Origin: a bacterium
Lineage (GTDB): Bacteria > Hinthialibacterota > Hinthialibacteria > Hinthialibacterales > Hinthialibacteraceae
Direction of reading: 5' to 3'
NCBI GenBank assembly: GCA_041946805.1
Contig: JBHGBC010000195.1
Coordinates: forward strand, 1 to 10,516
Length of the DNA stretch: 10,516 nucleotides
Shown here: positions 7,066 through 10,516 of the stretch, piece by piece
Position numbering within the stretch: the first letter of the stretch is position 1
How the letters are laid out: each line of letters opens with the position of its first letter
Notes under the pieces: generated by a model
The model's input: only the letters and a program-made list of their open reading frames with translations
What the model was told of the DNA's origin: nothing
The model's database searches: none
Translations under genes and position numbers: made by a program

Positions 7066-9126
7066 ATGACGGCCATCATCCCTCGAATTTTCGTTCCTCT
7101 CCTGCTCCCGCTATGTCTCGCGGGCGGTCTCGTCTTCGCGGCGGAAGAGGCCTCCCCGGGTCCGGAATGGGAGAAGGAGTTTCAAAATCCACCCAATCTC
7201 TACCGGCCCTTGCAGATCATCCACGGCTTCGACAACCTCGTGGCGGCCCGCTATCCCGGCCATACGCTGGAAAAGGAATTTTTGAGCGAGTTGCTTCAGA
7301 AGGCCGGGCAGGGAGGATCTTCCTCCCAGCCCGATTTGAAGGACGCGTTGCGCGAGGCGCTGCGGGATCTGGCCGGTTCGGGCCTGGGCGGCGTGGTGTG
7401 CAATGTCGCGTTCAGCGATTACCTGCACGATGAGAACCAACTGAAATTCTTCGCCCTGGCTTTGGAGATTTGCCGGGAGCTGGGCTTGCGGGTGTGGATC
7501 TACGATGAGGAAGGCTATCCCAGCGCGGCGGCGGGCGGATTGGTCCTCGAGAAGAATCCCGCCTTCGAGGCGCAAGAGTTGATCCTCACGCCGGGGGAAG
7601 ACAAGCCGTACACGATTCGCCCTTCCTATGAAGGCACGCACGCCTGCAACAATTTCTACATGGCCCGCCGGTACCCCAATCTGCTGGATCCGGAGGCCAT
7701 GCGGACATTCGTGGAAGTGACCCACGACGCCTACGCCCGCGTCTGCCAGGCGTATTTCGGCAACCTGGTCGAGGCCTTCTTCACTGACGAGCCGAGCCTG
7801 ATGGCCTGCAATCTGGGGATGCTGCCGGAGAGCGTGCGCAAGAACGTGCGGATCATGGACCCGCTTGATCCCCAAGTCAAGCGGCTGCCCGCAGTCCCGT
7901 GGGTTAACGGCCTGCCGGATCTATTCAAGAAGAAATATGGATACGATTTGCTCCCCAAAGTGGCTTCCCTCTTTTCGGGAGACAGCCCGGCGGACAAAAC
8001 CACGCGGCGGGATTTCTGGGCGTTGACCGCGGATTTGGTGGAACAACGCTTTTTCGGGCTGCTGGAGGAATGGTGCCAGAGGCATGGCGTCGCCTCCAGC
8101 GGCCATATCCTGTGGGAAGAATCGCTGCTCTATCACCCCGCGCTGAATGGCAATCCGTTGCGAAACTTGCAGCGCATGCAGATTCCCGGGATCGACGTGC
8201 TGAGTTCCAATCCCTCCCAAGCCTTCGGCGGTTATGCCATCACCACGGCCCTGGCCGCTTCGGCGGCCCGGCTCAACGGCACGCGGCGGGTGATGAGCGA
8301 GACCAGCGACCATTCCGAGCAGATGAACAAGCGGTCCGCCTCGCTGGATGAAATGCGCGCCACCGCGGCCTGGCAGTTCGCGCAGGGTGTCACCGATTTG
8401 ACCCTGTATTACGGGCGCAACCGGCCTGGGGATGAATACAAACAATACGCTGATTTCGTGGGCCGCCTGGGAGCCTTGTTGACGCCCGCCCGGCGCGCGG
8501 CGCGGGTGGCGCTGTACTATCCGGTGACCGATCTCTGGGCGGAATACAAGCCGGAAGCGGAGCCGCTGTCGCTGGACCGGCAATCCGAAACCATGCAAAA
8601 GATCGTTCGCGCGTTTCCGGAAATCTGCGCTCAACTGACCCGCGCGGGCATCGCGTTTGTTTTGGTGGACCCCAACCACGTGGCCCAAGCGTCCATCCAA
8701 GGCCGGCAATTGAAGATCCAGAATGGCGTGTTCGACGCGCTGCTGATCCCCGCCGTGGGAGAGATTCCCGCGGACGCGCGGACGGTCATGGAGCGCTTCA
8801 AAAACGCGGGGGGCGCGGTGGTGGATACTACGGGCGGCGGATGGCTTGAAGCCTTGAAACCATATCCGGCCGCGGAAGTGAAGACGGAAACGCCGGGCGG
8901 CTTGTGGGCGCGGTTCGAACGCGGCGGGGAAGCGATTTTGTTGTTCGTGAATACCGCCGCCTCGGACTGGAACGGCATGGTGAGCCTGCCGGCGGGGAAG
9001 GTGATCCGGCGCTGGAACTTCGCGGCGGGGAGCGTGCAGGAGGTCCCGGCGGAAAGCCTGGCAACCGGCGCCCTGAAAGTCACGTTGAAGCCGTTTGAAT
9101 CCCTGGCGTTGTCGTGGAGCGAGTAA
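7066..9126 (+). CDS. Secreted glycoside hydrolase, GH106 (alpha-L-rhamnosidase)-like, 686 aa
   Basis: Signal peptide MTAIIPRIFVPLLLPLCLAGGLVFA; FQNPP..YRP, VWIYDEEGYPSAAAGG, FFTDEP, FKKKYGYDLL, WC..HG..SSGH..WEE, IPGID, A.SAA...G..RVMSET and VALYYP motifs. GGAG Shine-Dalgarno before ATG 7066. Confidence 0.78.
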   Translation: MTAIIPRIFVPLLLPLCLAGGLVFAAEEASPGPEWEKEFQNPPNLYRPLQIIHGFDNLVAARYPGHTLEKEFLSELLQKAGQGGSSSQPDLKDALREALRDLAGSGLGGVVCNVAFSDYLHDENQLKFFALALEICRELGLRVWIYDEEGYPSAAAGGLVLEKNPAFEAQELILTPGEDKPYTIRPSYEGTHACNNFYMARRYPNLLDPEAMRTFVEVTHDAYARVCQAYFGNLVEAFFTDEPSLMACNLGMLPESVRKNVRIMDPLDPQVKRLPAVPWVNGLPDLFKKKYGYDLLPKVASLFSGDSPADKTTRRDFWALTADLVEQRFFGLLEEWCQRHGVASSGHILWEESLLYHPALNGNPLRNLQRMQIPGIDVLSSNPSQAFGGYAITTALAASAARLNGTRRVMSETSDHSEQMNKRSASLDEMRATAAWQFAQGVTDLTLYYGRNRPGDEYKQYADFVGRLGALLTPARRAARVALYYPVTDLWAEYKPEAEPLSLDRQSETMQKIVRAFPEICAQLTRAGIAFVLVDPNHVAQASIQGRQLKIQNGVFDALLIPAVGEIPADARTVMERFKNAGGAVVDTTGGGWLEALKPYPAAEVKTETPGGLWARFERGGEAILLFVNTAASDWNGMVSLPAGKVIRRWNFAAGSVQEVPAESLATGALKVTLKPFESLALSWSE

Positions 9127-9129
9127 GGC

Positions 9130-9159
9130 GGAGGGGCACGGGATGCAACGTGCCCCTGC
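9130..9159. repeat. GTAG-type REP-like palindrome directly after the hydrolase stop codon
   Basis: AGGGGCACG-GGATGCAA-CGTGCCCCT perfect 9-bp stem with GG/GC ends in place of GT/AC; related to 4254-4281. Confidence 0.6.
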
Positions 9160-9177
9160 GGGATTAGGCAAATGGCC

Positions 9178-9287
9178 GGCGATAGAGATGGGGAGGCTAT
9201 CAGAATTCAATCCCGTCCCGGAAATGCTTGTATATTGCCCCGGCCGCTGTGGCGATAGTGATGGGGAAGCTATCGGAATTCAATCCC
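9178..9287. repeat. 37-bp direct repeat pair separated by 36 bp
   Basis: 9178-9214 GGCGATAGAGATGGGGAGGCTATCAGAATTCAATCCC vs 9251-9287 GGCGATAGTGATGGGGAAGCTATCGGAATTCAATCCC (34/37 identical). Confidence 0.85.
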
Positions 9288-9462
9288 CGGAGGGGATTCA
9301 TGTGAATAGCCGTAGGCGATAGCCTACGGTTTCGTGAAATAAAAACCACCAACCCCGAAGGGGTTGAATCGTATCCCATTCGACCTCTCCAGGGTCGTTT
9401 TTCTCCTACACGATACCGGGGGTTGTCACCCCCCGGCTATTCACATTCAATCCCTTCGGAAT
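9278..9462. mobile_element. Putative non-autonomous multi-hairpin palindromic element (REPIN/PATE-like)
   Basis: Two inverted arms of three hairpins each; perfect 13-bp inverted repeat ATGTGAATAGCCG (9300-9312) / CGGCTATTCACAT (9434-9446); second, half copy at 145-246; no credible coding capacity. Mobility is inferred, not shown. Confidence 0.6.
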
Positions 9463-9466
9463 GGCT

Positions 9467-9491
9467 TGCAGGCAGGACGCCCGCGCCACAA
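9467..9491 (-). repeat. GTGG-type REP-like palindrome, single copy in this window
   Basis: Reverse complement TTGTGGC-GCGGGC-GTCCT-GCCTGC-A: a GTGG foot followed by a GC-rich imperfect stem, the classic REP layout. Repetition cannot be shown within the window. Confidence 0.4.
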
Positions 9492-9516
9492 GGAACTGAA
9501 TCCCCGCCTTTTCTGC

Positions 9517-9553
9517 TCCCTCTACCTCTGGGAGAGGGTTAGGGTGAGGGAAT
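9517..9553 (-). repeat. BoxC-like palindromic repeat
   Basis: Reverse complement ATTCCCTCACCCTAACCCTCTCCCAGAGGTAGAGGGA. Confidence 0.85.
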
Positions 9554-9773
9554 CCGTTCCGTTCTGGATACCCTGTTGGAATGGCGAATCCCTGGACAAT
9601 AATTCAGGATTGAAATATGGGATATGACCTGCGGGAAGGCGAGGCTCACGGCGGGCCGGTCTTGGAGAAGGGAATCTCTCACACGGAACGGCTCACCTGG
9701 AGGATCGCCCTCCCGGTAGAAAACCGATTCAATCCATCATCCGGATACGATGTTGGTTTCCTTGAGCCTCCCC

Positions 9774-10516
9774 TTAGCCCAGATTCTCGGGCACGGTAAA
9801 CGGCTTACGGTAAAAGCGGGTCAGCATGTCGTTGGCTTGGACATCGTTGGTGATGGTTTCGGTGGCCGCGTCGATTGCCAATTTGCGGCCCAGGAAATAG
9901 GCGGAATCTTCCAGTTTCACGCCGTTTTTCACCAAGTGCTGTTTCATGCGCTCGAAGGCCTCCTGGGCATCGGCGTTGTCGCCGAAGGGGCGGATCGACG
10001 ACTGGAACGGCACCGGCTGCCCCAGGCGGTATGAAATATTGGCCAAATGGCAGAGCGCGGCGGAGTAGTGGCCTTCGAGGATCTCGGCGTTCAGATCGGA
10101 CGGTTTGCGGCTGCGGACGGCTTCGATGAAGTTGGGGAAATGGCTGCCGCCCGGCCCCATCTTCACCTCCACGTCGGGCAGATTTTGCGGTTGCCCGCCT
10201 TCCTTGGGCAGGAATTGGTTGTTGACGACGGTTCCGGCTTCGAAGTGCATGACATCGTCGCTGCCTTCCGCGCCCATGTAGGTTTCGGTGGGAAGGCCGC
10301 GGACTTCGAAAATCAACTGGGTCGGACCGAAATCCATGAGCACTACCTGGGTGTTCGCGGTTTGGCCCTGGTCGATGTATCCAAACCGGCCGCCCACGCA
10401 GATCACGCTTTTGGGCAGCGTGGCGCCGGGGATCATCCAGCGGGCGACGTCCATTTGGTGCACGCCCTGGTTGCCGATGTCGCCGTTGCCGAAATCCCAG
10501 AACCAGTGCCAGTTGT
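9774..10516 (-). CDS. Gfo/Idh/MocA family oxidoreductase, C-terminal part (5' end outside the window)
   Basis: Frame is open to the window edge: NWHWFWDFGNGDIGNQGVHQMDVARW (H..D motif), GGRFGY.DQGQTANTQ, HFPNFIEAVRSR, GHYSAALCHLANISYRLG, ANDMLTRFYRKPF.VP. Confidence 0.92.
   Translation of the reverse strand, partial: NWHWFWDFGNGDIGNQGVHQMDVARWMIPGATLPKSVICVGGRFGYIDQGQTANTQVVLMDFGPTQLIFEVRGLPTETYMGAEGSDDVMHFEAGTVVNNQFLPKEGGQPQNLPDVEVKMGPGGSHFPNFIEAVRSRKPSDLNAEILEGHYSAALCHLANISYRLGQPVPFQSSIRPFGDNADAQEAFERMKQHLVKNGVKLEDSAYFLGRKLAIDAATETITNDVQANDMLTRFYRKPFTVPENLG

Noticed and set aside
7111..9210. Antisense ORFs 7111..7875, 7921..9210, 8631..9083
   Set aside because: Mirror frames of the hydrolase with no independent coding evidence.
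9178..9287. Annotation as a bona fide CRISPR array
   Set aside because: Only two imperfect repeats, no third unit at the 73-bp period, no leader or cas genes; kept as a repeat and flagged as a finding.
9095..9799. Short ORFs 9095..9322, 9364..9627, 9617..9799
   Set aside because: The first two translate through palindromic repeats; none shows transposase (HUH or DDE) or other motifs.

Overview
GC-rich bacterial window with six protein-coding genes and unusually repeat-rich spacers. On the minus strand are two tandem GT-C fold (ArnT/PMT-like, family 39-type) membrane glycosyltransferases; the downstream one carries a degenerate C-terminal NPCBM/NEW2-like module. Divergent from them on the plus strand are L-rhamnose isomerase (rhaI type), glucosamine-6-phosphate deaminase (nagB) and a secreted GH106-like glycoside hydrolase. 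The 3' part of a convergent Gfo/Idh/MocA oxidoreductase runs off the right edge. The spacers hold up to four distinct palindromic repeat families: four BoxC-like copies, two GTAG-type REP-like copies, one GTGG-type REP-like copy, and a ~185-bp six-hairpin, two-fold symmetric element (9278-9462) with a half copy at 145-246. Beside that element is a 37/36/37-bp repeat-spacer-repeat that may be an empty target site next to a filled one. No rRNA, tRNA, transposase or cas gene was seen. All family assignments come from motif recognition by eye, not from database searches.
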